DNA of 64,000 bases from Azolla caroliniana (lineage: Eukaryota; Plantae; Polypodiophyta). The position numbers and the translations under genes are program-made. The DNA lies in the NCBI GenBank assembly GCA_043228905.1, contig JBHGNT010000007.1:17546001-17610000 (forward strand), written 5' to 3'. The notes beneath the pieces are model-generated. The model saw only the letters and a list, made by a program, of their open reading frames with translations, was not told the DNA's origin and made no database searches. Shown here piece by piece: positions 11,663-24,011 of this stretch. How positions within the stretch are numbered: the first letter of the stretch is position 1; every line of letters begins with the position of its first letter.

Positions 11663-12346
11663 AGAGGGGGAGGTAGAGGAGAAGAGAGAAAAGAAGTGTA
11701 GCCCAAAGCTATGATGGCTGGCCTACACACTACAAAACTGGGCAAATATTACTACTTCCCAATGTTAATGGGCAATGCAAGTAACAAAAGCATTGTGATG
11801 ATGGCATTGATCTTATTAAGAAATGAAGATGTTTCTCGTCTTCATGAATATTATCATAAACCTTCTCATCTTCATAAATATCATCTTATGTTGGTTTCAA
11901 GATATTAAGACAAGATTAATTGTAGGTATTGAGAATCCCATTTGGGAGGTTGACAATTTCAATTTCAGCAAATGTAAGCTCGAATGGTTCCGTGAACGTA
12001 ATAGAAGTTGCTTATTTGGCTACTCTTCAATTAATCAAGTGTGATAATGTATTGAATTCTATGTGGATTTATGTCAGATTTGGATTATTTCCCACTCACG
12101 AAATGTGCATTCATGGCATCTGTTCTGTTTGTCTTTTCTTTTGTATGCGTTGTACAGAAGTTTGAGTCCAATAGACATCTATTTTCTGCTCGTGGATGGT
12201 TTTGTTTAAGTCAACTTACACGTAGTTTTTGCACACAGGTTTTCGTTTGGGCTCCATCTCCGGTAAGGATCCGATTCTGTATGATATATTGTTGCTGATC
12301 CTTATCACAGTATCCATATCCCGTATCAAAGATCACATATCACAGC

Positions 12347-13441
12347 ATGGATGGCAACAAAGATGCTGCACAGAATTGTTTGAGCATTGGAAACCGAGCT
12401 CTCAAGGAAGGTGATAAGGTCAGAGCTCACAAATTCCTCTCCAAGGCATTAAGGTTAGATCCTGGTTTACCTCTTGAAAACTTGGTTTCATCATTAGAAT
12501 CAGAAATAGGAGAACAAGACACTGATCTCCCCCCACGTGAGAAGAGCAAGGATACTCATGAAGCAAGTAGCTCAGATGGTGTTGGACCTAGTGAATCTAA
12601 TGGCGATTCCCATACTAGCAATAGTAATACGCGAGGATTCACGGTAGAGCAAGTTGATATTGTCCGACGCATCAAGAGAACCAAAGATTATTACCAGATT
12701 CTTGGTTTAGAGAAAGAGTGTTCTGGTGAAGAGATAAAAAAAGCCTATAGAAAGGTGTCTTTGAAGGTTCATCCTGATAAAAATAAGGCTCCAGGGGCTG
12801 ATGAAGCATTTAAGGCAGTTTCCAAGGCATTCGCATGTCTTAGTGAACCAGAACTCAGGCAAAAATATGATCAATTTGGCCCCGAGGATGGTCATGATGT
12901 TGCTCAACAAGCATATAGGCAACGCCAAAGGAATGGTTTTGTGTATGAAGACATGTTCGATGCCAATGAGATCTTTAATGCATTCTTCAACGGTTCACCC
13001 TATGCAAGTTCTGGTTTTCAGAGGGGTCATTTCGTAAGAACTTTTAGGACAGGTGGACAACAAGGCGGTCCACGTGTGAATACCCGTGAAGTGAACTTTG
13101 GAGGATTAATGAGTGTGCTTCAAATTTTGCCCATACTTTTGCTTTTTCTATTCAGTTATTTACCCTTTTCAAAGCCTACTTTCAGCCTAGAGCAAAGTGC
13201 ACAGTATAATATCAAACAAGTGACCAAAGATCATGCAGTACCATTCTTTGTGCGGTCATACGAGTTCGATCAAGATTACCCAGTGGGTAGTCAGACTCGC
13301 AATAACATTGAGAATCAAGTGGAAAGAGAGTATAGAGATATTCTCAAGCACAATTGTCGAAGTGAGTTGGATTGGAAGCGATGGAATCCTACAATAAAAA
13401 CACCTAACTGCGATGCGCTGAGACAGTTTTATGTTAACTGA
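12347..13441 (+). CDS. J-domain co-chaperone, DnaJ49/DNAJB12-14 type (J domain, TM helix, DUF1977-like C-terminus), intronless CDS, 364 aa
   Basis: N-terminal MDGNKD, DYYQILG...KVHPDKN J domain with HPD, hydrophobic LQILPILLLFLFSYL, C-terminal TPNC. Confidence 0.95.
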   Translation: MDGNKDAAQNCLSIGNRALKEGDKVRAHKFLSKALRLDPGLPLENLVSSLESEIGEQDTDLPPREKSKDTHEASSSDGVGPSESNGDSHTSNSNTRGFTVEQVDIVRRIKRTKDYYQILGLEKECSGEEIKKAYRKVSLKVHPDKNKAPGADEAFKAVSKAFACLSEPELRQKYDQFGPEDGHDVAQQAYRQRQRNGFVYEDMFDANEIFNAFFNGSPYASSGFQRGHFVRTFRTGGQQGGPRVNTREVNFGGLMSVLQILPILLLFLFSYLPFSKPTFSLEQSAQYNIKQVTKDHAVPFFVRSYEFDQDYPVGSQTRNNIENQVEREYRDILKHNCRSELDWKRWNPTIKTPNCDALRQFYVN

Positions 13442-15847
13442 GCTTTTTGAATTGTCTCGCATGCAATTGAGTCCTTCAATTACTTATATTGTAATGCTTT
13501 TCTCCTTTTAAACACACTGCACAGGAATAGTACATTCGGAATATTTCGACACTATTCAGTTGCAAGCATATTTATGTGTATTTATGTGGAGTATCTCTTT
13601 GCATTAGAATTTAGTTTTAATCTAATATTTGGTCTCACAAGAATGCATTCGTTGCTCTCAATGTCTGTATGTTAAGTCGAGGTTTGGGATGTTTCCTTGC
13701 TCTAAATTCTTCTCACTTTTAGTGTTCAAAAGTAAGCGATTTGATAAGTGACATAGAAGAATGCTTTTTAGATCCTAGAAACATTTCATGAGGGTGGTTA
13801 TTGAAGTGTCTTCAATTTTGTGAACTGGATAACCACACTGTTTGTTTTACCTCATTATGGGTTTTAAGTTTACTACATAATGACGAACTATATTTAACAT
13901 TTGAAACTCAAACAAAAAAATGCTCATGTCTATGCGTAAACCATCAATATATATGAAATTTGACGGATTTGTGCATTTGCATTTGGGCCTCACTTTGTCA
14001 TGCAATGACTTTAGCATGTTAGTACAGAATAATTTCTTATTGCACATAGACATTGATAGCTATTACCCCCTTCGAAGTTGTTTGTTTAATGATGGGCAAT
14101 GACCACCTCATTCTTAAAGGTTTTATAGAGCTTGTGTCGAAGCATTTGTACAGCATAAAATTTGTTCTTGTTTGTTATATGTATTTGAGGATATACATAC
14201 AAGGAAGACTCTAGAGGAGATCAAATTTCCAAGAAAACCTTTGATTGAAATGGGGAGTTTCTACCCTTTGACCAAAGTAATAGTACTCACCTTCCATCCT
14301 ACCAACTTCTGTGGATAATTAATGACGTATCGAAATTTATATTGTTTCCTTAAAAAATATTGTAGTTCTGGAGTAAATTCCGCAAAGTGAATCAAGAAGG
14401 CATGCATATGAGAGTGGAGATGATGTAGGGTTAAATTTGTTCATGTAATAAAGTGACAATTTGCAAAAATATCGTTACTTCTAGTTTATAAGAAGAGAAA
14501 AATGGTTTCGAAATGGAAAGAAAACATGTAGAGAATGTGGAAACTTGGACAAATCTAGGAATACAAAGAGACAATAACTTACAAACAACATCCGAACAAA
14601 ACATTCAGAGAATCACAAAAAGAATATAAGTTGGACAAAAGAAGCTTGCAATGTCCGAAAAGCACACCAAGCAAGCCAATGGATAGCCTTGGGAATTTTG
14701 CCACCAACTTTTAACAGTGATATGATAACAATCATCAAGTTTTTTCCAAATTCAAAGGGGAAGGACATAATCCCAACATCCATTTCGCAAGTTGTAAAGA
14801 CAAGTGGAGGGCAAGGAATTTGAACAATATTTGGCGAACATGGAAAAAAGTTAGTTGTTTGGAGCATCACTAGAAGATAAAGCATTGGATTTAATAACAA
14901 CTAAAAAGGCAAAGTTTGCAAACTTACCTTGAATGATGGAGGAGGGACTTCAAAAACAAATTGAAGAAAAAACACCGAGTGAACTTATAACAAAGATAAC
15001 ATAAAAACTAGTAAAGCATGAGGATGATTTGGGAGAAAATAATAGTCGAGCATTCCAACAACTAGTCATTTGTCTAAATTAGAAGAAAGACCCACTCATT
15101 CTATATTTGTAGGTTACTTCATTAGAGCCTTACGAAAATTCTGAGATAAGACGTCATAGGAAAAAGAGTGGTAGGTGATGACCAATTTGATACATGGTTG
15201 AGCATTGTCCTTTAAATGTTACCTGAAAAACGAAAAAAAGGGGCACTACTAAGTACCAAGGAACCTTATGTTCCCGAAATACGACTCCCCTTTCCAATCA
15301 AATAATGAAAGAAGACTTCCCTAAAATTCGAAATATACCTCCTCATAAAATTTATTATATACATACACACATACATGCAATTACATATATTAAAACTTAC
15401 CCAAGCACGATGTCTTCTCCTTCCTCACAACACATTGGAAGGTCAATCGTGTTTGTTTGTGTGTACAAATCCTTTGAGCTACTTGGCATTCCAAGCGTCT
15501 CCTAGTATCATGACATTCTTAAACATATTGACTATTTTGTGTAGCTCTACCATATTTGGGTGCATTGCCAATTGTACAAGAAAGCAATTTGTGGTTGCAT
15601 AATGGAATGAATTTGATAATCTTTTCATGACTTCATCTAAGGGTGCAAAAGGATCCAAATCTACCATGTCATTATTTACTCCACATCTATACACATTGGT
15701 TGTCTCCATGGTAAATTAGTAATTAGCCAACCCATTCCTCTTCTTAGCATATGCATGCTCTACACATCCATATTTCCTGAATGCCCTCAATTGGCCCCAT
15801 AAGGAATGACAAACACAAACAATTACACACGCATACACATTCATGTG

Positions 15848-15849
<2 letters not shown>

Positions 15850-15889
<40 letters not shown>
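15850..15889. repeat. (AC)n microsatellite
   Basis: Direct reading. Confidence 0.95.
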
Positions 15890-15891
<2 letters not shown>

Positions 15892-17258
15892 GGAAACATG
15901 ATTAGTTATGATCTAATCTTGCACATGCTCTACTATTATATGAGCACTCAATAATAAATTTAGGTATCATACTCAATTATAACATTAGGTATTATACCGA
16001 CGCACAAAATCGTTGAACCAAACCTCATCAAGGAAGAGCGAACTACATCAAAACTTCCATTGTACACAAAGAATGCCTACAAGTGCACCCACACCAAACA
16101 AGAAGGGAGAACTCCAATTCAAATTATCATAATCCATAACCCTTCTTCAACAAAGTTGTTATGCACACATAATGTAGGTGAGGGTAGGCCACTAATATTT
16201 ATAAAACCTAAGTGAAGGGTATTTTCACTAATTTTAGAATGGGGCTCATGTAATTGGATAGAAGGAATGATATGTGCATGCACTATCATGATCTTGACAA
16301 CCAATGAATGGAGAGCCTTGAAAACCAATATTCAACTAGCCTTGGAATAAGTATAAATATGAGGCCTAGCTACCCTCATAAAATGCATTATGTTAGAAGG
16401 CTAAAGTCTTGAGACACCATTAGTGTAGGCTAGGCTTTCCTACACTAATGGTACCTATTCCAAGTTACTAGTCATGCTAATATTTGTCAGAATGGGACAT
16501 TGGTAGTATGATAGCAATGGCTTGATCATAGCTCTAGGGCGGTCACGAGGAACGGTTTCTTCTATCCAATCTATTCACCTTTCTTTTATTTTACTTTCGT
16601 CTATTGATTAGTAATAGACTCTTAACAAAAGCCGTCATCAAAGGAAGGAGATGGTGTCATGACATCACAAAAAGACACTTCTTCTTCTTGAAACCATTTC
16701 AGTTCAATGCTAGTCTTGGATACATCCTTGTAAGGCTTGTCCATTATGCTCATAATATAAATTCCTCCCCCCCCCCTTTTTTTTTCTTCTTTCTATTCTA
16801 CCCTCTTTTCCTATTCAATCTAATGTTTGGCTTGCATGTGACAATGATAGGCAAATGAAACATGTGCACGATCAATGACAATTAATCACTTGTTGGCTTC
16901 TTAGTAAAGTATTGTTTGGGAATATGTGTAGTGGGATTCAACTCCATTGACGAGGCAAGATGCAAATTCCTTGCAAATGAGCATTGCGATGGGCAAGGTA
17001 GTAGACATTTGTTCCAAAATTTCAAAACTTCTCGAATGAAAAGGCTTGGGTTGGTGATATAGTACATGATTCAATGTTGGTTACACAAAAGAGAACAATT
17101 GGATTTTCAGGCAACTAGGATTTCGAGAGGTTATAGACTTGTTTTGCTCCACGATATAGGGTCTGACGATGATTATAATGTTGGATTATGCAAATTCCCT
17201 TTAGGTATTCACATGGGGTTGATGGGAAGTATGTTTGTATGTAGGGAACATGTGTGCC

Positions 17259-17711
17259 TAACAATCGACAATGGTTCGGGTTGAACCGAACAGAACTGCG
17301 AAATCGTAGCTTAATGGTAAAAATGGTTTGGTTTCGTTCCGCTTCAAGTTTTTTTTAACGGTTTGATGGTTTAGGGTTGCCAATTAATTATTTTTTTAAA
17401 CAACCTACCTAATTCTCACATTTTAGGAAAAATCTTAAAAATTATAAAAAATTAAAATTTGAAATAATGAAAATTTTTAAAATAAAAAAAAACTGAAAAA
17501 TTGGATTTTGACCTAATGTGAAACCCGAAACCAAACCATGAAACTGTGGTTTTTACGGTTTGATGGTTTGTTATTGTTTGTAACAGTTCGATTTTAACAG
17601 TTTTAGTTTTAATGGCTTCGTGCTTCGGTTTGGTTTGGTTCAAGTTTCAAAATGTTTAAACGGTTTGGTTTTGACACTCTCGAACCGAACTAAACCGTTG
17701 CCAGATTATTA
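17259..17711. mobile_element. MITE-like element with imperfect TIRs and AACCG/GGTTT subterminal repeats
   Basis: Left end TAACAATCGACAATGGTT; right end reverse complement TAATAATCTGGCAACGGTT. AT-rich core shared with 55378-55755. Confidence 0.7.
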
Positions 17712-17830
17712 TGTGTGCGTAACAGAAGACAAGTGCTTTCCGAGGAGCCCAAAAAAAGCCAAAAAAGCCAAAAAAGCGAAAAGCAAAAAGCAAAAAGCAA
17801 AAAAGCTTTTCCCTTTCCTTCTCTTTCCTT

Positions 17831-17862
<32 letters not shown>

Positions 17863-18005
17863 TGTCTCTCTATTCTTTTCCCTTCTTCAGTCGGCAATCA
17901 TCGCTCTCTTTCTTCCGATTCTCTGAGTTCTTCTTTCTCTCTTTGTCTGTCTGTTTCTGTGTCTGTCTTTGTGTCGGTTCGATCCGCCCCCCTCTAACAG
18001 CAGCC

Positions 18006-21000
18006 ATGGAGCAAGACGCTCCCGACTCCCTTGCTCCCACCAAGCCCAAGGTCGGCGTCGATTACGATGCCCTCGACAAGGAGATCGAGCTCCAACGAAC
18101 CCTTGCCTTGAAGGTTAGCGAAATCTCTCTGTCCTTTTCTCTGCTCTGCATTAGTTAGGGTTTTGAAGGAACGCTCGTCTTCTTCTTCTTCTTCTTCTTC
18201 TTTTCCCCTTTTCTGCTCGCTTCGGCTTCAAGCTAGGGGGTCTGTTTGACGGAAACATACAACGGTTAGGGTTTGCAGGTATGCGACGGTTTCAGCTTTC
18301 TCCGCGATGTTAGTCTTAATATGTACTGCGCCTTTTCCTGCCCGTTCCTCTGCAGGGTTAGGGCTTTAGCAGTTACGTGATTTTCTTTCATTCATTCATT
18401 CATTCTTTCTCTGCAAAGGTAGGGTTTGCAGCAAATCTATCCTGTCTCTTTCCCCTAAGAAGTTGGGGTTTGGAGCAAATATTTGCTGTATCTTTCCTCT
18501 AAGAAGTTAAGATTTGAAAGTGTATCTTCATCTCCTTCTCCGTACGGTTTGGAGTTGAAGGTAAATATTCGCCTCCATTTTGTTGGCAGAGGTAGAGTTT
18601 GAAGGTAAATCATGCTATACATTCCTTTCTCTTGGAAGTAGGGGGTTGAAGTGAAACTATCCATTTCCGTTCCTCTGAGAAGTTAGGGCCGGAAGGCATC
18701 TTCTCATTCTCTTTCTATGATTGGTCAGGGTTGATCAGATGCAGCTTATATCTATTGAATCTATCCATTTCTCCCTCTATGTGATTTCCTGTGTTGTTAA
18801 AAGAGATCTTTAGAGTGATTAACAGAGAGATTTTTCACAATAAAGGTTTTGGCATTAGCTAGATGTATTTCTTTTTCCCTCTCTATTGTTCAAATATGCA
18901 GAGTTTTTGTCATCACTGTACAAATTAGGCTCGATATATGTAGCAAAGGCACATGTTTTGTTTCCTTCTGTCACACTTCCGCTTGCTCTTTCTATGATTT
19001 TCTTGCTAAAGATTCATGAAGAGCGATCTGTAGTGCAACTCATGAATATCGGTTTTGGCAGTATGCGAAAGCTAAAATGTAGATTTCTCTCTTCCTCTCC
19101 CCCTCTCCCTCGTTTGTGCTGTGACTTTCTTGTAGTGTTAGAGAGATATATGACCTGATTTCATGAGTACAGGTTTGGCATGATGTGGAAGCAAAGGGAT
19201 ACAATTTTCTTTCTTTTCAGTGCAATGTGATAAATGTAACAGTGTGATTTAGTGAAGAGATCTCAAGAATGGAAGGATCAGTGTCTTTCTCTATAATTTA
19301 TGTGGGTATCATATTTGTTAGAATGACATGATTATGATTAATGATGAGATTTTTCCATGTGATCTGCTCCTCATTTCCTGTTCTCGTGATTAATGAAGAG
19401 AAGCTAGATAGATGTCGTGTATATTGTGATTTGTTGTCTTGTTAACAAAGTCTGCTGTGTGATTTCTTCCCATTATTCAATTTCTTTTGGTATTTAAACG
19501 AGGTCAACAGCGTGATCAATAACGAGTTTTTCAAGGGGGAGAAAGAAAGATATATTAATGTCTTTTAAGAGGCCAAAATGGCCTGTAAGTCGAAATAAGA
19601 GATTACATCTTGAGTGTTTTCTCGTCTTTGAGAACATATGTCTTTTCTATGCAATGTAGCTTTGATTGATTGATTTGTTAGTCACGGTGAAGAATTTTCT
19701 ATCCTCAAAGTATGCAGTGTAATTAATGAGGATTTGTTTTCACAGGAGGGAAAGCTAGATATTGCAATAGAGGCTTTGTTAAACTCTGAGAAGCAAATGA
19801 GACTGGTTGCTGACATTGTTGGTACGAGGAAGATTGTACTTGCTATTGTGCAACTATGTCGCGAGGCAAAAGCATGGAAGAAGCTTAATGATCAAATCAT
19901 CCTCATCTCTAAGAGAAGAGCTCAATTGAAACAGGTAGATTTAAGAAGATATGTCATGTATGATTGCGTATCAAAGAATCCTTGATGATTGTATTGTCAA
20001 AGAACGATCCCTTCAATTGTTTTATTTAAAAAAATTCTCTAATTGTGTAATAGTTCAATTACAAAACAATCCTTTACAGCTTTATTAGCAAAGAATCTAT
20101 AGAGGAATGGTTCATCTATCAAAGAATCCATTAATTCAAATATAAAATAATTTGCTATGGTTCTGTCATCAAAGCATGCTTAATATTTTACCATCAAAGA
20201 TCTAAGGAAGATCTTAGCTGAAACAGTTATATGTCAGAGATGATTGCATATTTAAGAATCTGTGACTGTTCTATTATCAAAATATACATTACAGTTCTGT
20301 ATCAAAAGATTCTTTAATAACACTATTATCAAAGAAGAAACCTTATTAGGTCTATTGCGAATCTCGAAACCATTAATAGCTCTATTACCAACGAAGAATG
20401 CATAATAGTTCTACTATTGAAGAATCTTTCGTAGTTGTATTAACAAAGAGCTCTTAATAGCTCTAAACAATTGTTAACCTGTGGTTTTATATGACTTTAG
20501 GCAGTCACTGCAATGGTTAAACAGTGCATGGAATACATTGATGAAACGCCAGATCTGGAAACACGCATTGAGCTGATTAAAACGCTCAACACTGTCTCTG
20601 CAGGAAAGGTTGGATTTCTTTTTTGTCACTTCAGATTTATTTTTATATGTTTGGCATTTTCATTGTACAAGTGTCATTGAGCTTTCACTTTTTCTTTTTG
20701 CCTTCCACTGATCAAATTAAACTTTGGCTATTATGAATCCCGACAGATATACGTAGAACTGGAAAGAGCAAGGCTAGTTAGAAGGCTTGCAAAGATTAAG
20801 GAAGAGCAAGGTCTTGTTGCCGAGGCAGCTGAGTTGATGCAAGAAATTGCGGTATGCTAATTATTGCATATAGAGGATTATTAGGGATGTGTTGAGAACA
20901 CATCTGTTTATCTGTAATTAGTGTGAATACTATTATAAATACATGCATCTCTATCTCATTTTTATTGGACAATGGAAACAATTCATGACATTTGGACTGT

Positions 21001-24000
21001 CTAAATATTGTGCATTTTTATACCTAAAGATCTGCATTTAAAGAGATTACCGAGAGTTTGAATATTGAATTATACTATTAAACAACCACCACATAGTAAA
21101 TATAGTAACCTGGTGAATTTTAATATCACTACAGAATAAAGACTTTGAAGATGCCTAACTGGCCATTGCAATTGATCAGCAAAAAATATATAGATTCAAT
21201 CATCATAAATATTCATATGGATATTGAAGCTTTAATAGAAAACTAAAATTTAATACTATAGCTATAATTTTTGGTGCAGTTATCAATTTAAATTAGTATG
21301 CTAAATAAAGTAGTGTCATTTTGCAGGTGGAAACCTTTGGAGCTATGGCCAAAACGGAAAAATTAGCTTTTATTCTGGAACAGGTAAGGCTTACTTTACC
21401 CTCTATATAATATCTATTCGTGAAGCTTATCTAGGTGATGGTTTTAACTTGATGAATTATTTGATAACATTTAGTTATATGCTTCTCCAAATTGCGTGAA
21501 GTTTAGATTTTGTGGTTGTTAGATATTATGTACTATTCCAAACTATATGAAACTGAGATTTGTGGGTGGTAAATATTCAATTATGTTGCTTGGTTCATAT
21601 ATCAAAATTGAATTTTATGGATGATAGATATTCAATAATATGTCATCTGTATTATTCATTGTATTCTGAGTTATATATTGAAGTTGAGATTTGTGGATGG
21701 TAAATGTTCGATTTTGTTATTATCGAAGTTGAAATTTATGGATGATAGATCTTACATAATATGCTGTCTGTATTATACATTGAAATTAATATTTTACATG
21801 GTAAATATTCAATTGTATATGATCTCAAATTATAGATCAAATTTGAGATTTGTGGATGATGTTAGATATTCAATTAAATGTTATTCAAAGCTATATACTG
21901 AAAGTGAGATTTCTGGATGTTAGGTTCGGCTATGCTTGGACCGAAAGGATTACATGCGAGCGCAAATTCTTTCACGCAAGATTAGTCCAAGGGTATTTGC
22001 AGCAGATGATGGAAAAGAGAAAAAGAAGGTTAAAGAAGGAGATTCGGTTGTTGAGGCGCCGCCACCTGAGATCCCATCATTGCTGGAATTGAAACTCATC
22101 TATTATGAATTGATGATAAGGTTTAAGGGCATGCTTAATTTCCAGAGTTTCTATTGTAAAGTAATTACTATTGTTTTTTTCTCATTCTCTCTTTTGAGTT
22201 ATAACAGGTATTATTCCCATAATAATGACTATTTGGAGATATGTCGGAGTTATCAAGCCATTTATGATACCCCATCTATCAAGGAAGATGCATCTCGAGG
22301 CATCCCTGTAAGTTATCATGTGATTTTCTTTCTCTTCATTGAACTCAATTAGCAATCCTTATTTTTTAGTTTATGAACAGATCCTGAAGAAAATTTGTTG
22401 GTACCTTATTTTATCTCCGCATGATCCGATGCAATCAAGTCTACTTAATAGTACCCTTGAAGACAAGAGGCTTTTGGATCTCCCAAAGTTTCGGTAAGAA
22501 TGCTCATTTGATTTTGCTTTAATTGTTGCATGCTTTCTAATTATTATTCTGTTAATCCAATTGTGAGGGCACCCATTGTTTTTGTTCTCTTGTAATGAAT
22601 AAATATTTTATTTCAAAATTTATTGGTGCCACGGTTCAATCAATGTCTAATTATCTGGGAGTTTTGTCTACTTGATTATCAACATTTAGTTTCTTGGGAG
22701 TATAGATCAAAATGTTGTTCTTTATTGGTATAATGGTGTCAAGGAATGTCATCAATAAAACCTACCCCAAAACTTTTGCAATCTAGTATTCATTTGAGCG
22801 TTTGACATAATCTGCATACCTGTAAAGAAAATTAAAGATATTAATTTTTGACAGTACTGATGATCGTATCTTATCAGCATCTGTTGTGGTTTATTTGAGG
22901 TTATCAAGCCAAACAAAGTATCCTATAATCCTGATTCATGCGTGAATACCATTAAAATGATTCTTTCCAGAACCTGTTATGGCCAAACCTCAGTCTGATG
23001 GGATTGAAAATGTTTCTTATCAGAATCTGTTGTGGTTTATTTGATGTGATTGGGGCTGCTTACAGTGTTTTAATCATATGGATTGAAGTGGAGTAAATTG
23101 AAGTATTGAAGTAAGTTCTTCTGGTTTTATCTGTGTATCTGATATTATAGCTTGCATGATCCATGTATTGCAGCACGTTGCTCAAGCTTTTTGTTACTAT
23201 GGAGGTGATACAGTGGGATACATTCTGGAGCAATTATGAAGGTGAGTTCACTACAGAAACACTGGGTGAAAAGGCCTTCGAGAATCTTCGCCAGCGTGCC
23301 ATTGAACATGTAAGTGCTCAATGAGGGTGAATTAATATTGTTGTAATGAAGATTTTTGTTTTCCCTTACTGATATTCTGCCATCTATTTCAGAACATACT
23401 TGTTGTTTCCAAGTATTACACGAGAATAAAGATGGATCGGTTTGCAGAATTGCTCAACCTCAGTTTACAGGTCAGAATATCCTTAAATACAATTGGATTT
23501 CTTTTTACTTTGTTATTACCTAAAGAACCTTCATGAACTCTGGAAAAGAGAAGAACAAAGATGAATTGACCACATAATTTGCACAAATAGCACCTGACAG
23601 AGATGAAGGGAATGAATTAGCCATATAATTTTTTCCCAAACAGGACATATTTCAGACAGATGGAAATAACCCAATTGACCATATAATTGCTCAAATAGCA
23701 CATACAATAGCAATGAGTTTACCATATTTTGGAGTGCTATCCTATTATTAGTGTTTAGGGTATTGACAAAAATGCTTTATTCATGATCGCAGGAAACTGA
23801 AAAGCATCTTTCAGACATGGTTGTATCAAAGACACTAATTGCGAAAGTTGATAGACCAGCTGGAATTGTTTCATTCCAAACGATTAAAGATAGCAACGAG
23901 ACGTTGAATGGATGGGCTGTGAACATTGAAAAGCTTCTTGACCTTGTTGAGAAGAGTTGTCACCAGATCCACAGAGAAACTATGGTTCATAGAGTAACTC

Positions 24001-24011
24001 TGAAAGCTTAG
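18006..24011 (+). CDS. RPN5: 26S proteasome regulatory lid subunit RPN5 (PSMD12), 11 exons, about 469 aa
   Basis: Exons 18006-18113, 19746-19934, 20501-20608, 20747-20851, 21327-21383, 21924-22120, 22208-22307, 22381-22493, 23174-23309, 23393-23470, 23793-24011. All GT-AG, total 1410 nt in frame. Motifs [46 protein letters not shown]. Confidence 0.96.
18155..18428 (-). promoter_or_regulatory. Cluster of telo-box-like motifs (AAACCCTA) in RPN5 intron 1
   Basis: TAGGGTTT at about 18156, 18267 and 18420, with variants near 18354-18366. Confidence 0.45.

Noticed and set aside
12262-12345. Possible 5'UTR intron of the DnaJ gene (GTAAG...CACAG)
   Set aside because: Plausible, but there are two candidate acceptors and no transcript evidence.
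15479-15800. 76-aa minus-strand ORF with coding-like composition
   Set aside because: Could be a gene fragment, but I recognise no family and cannot build a spliced model.
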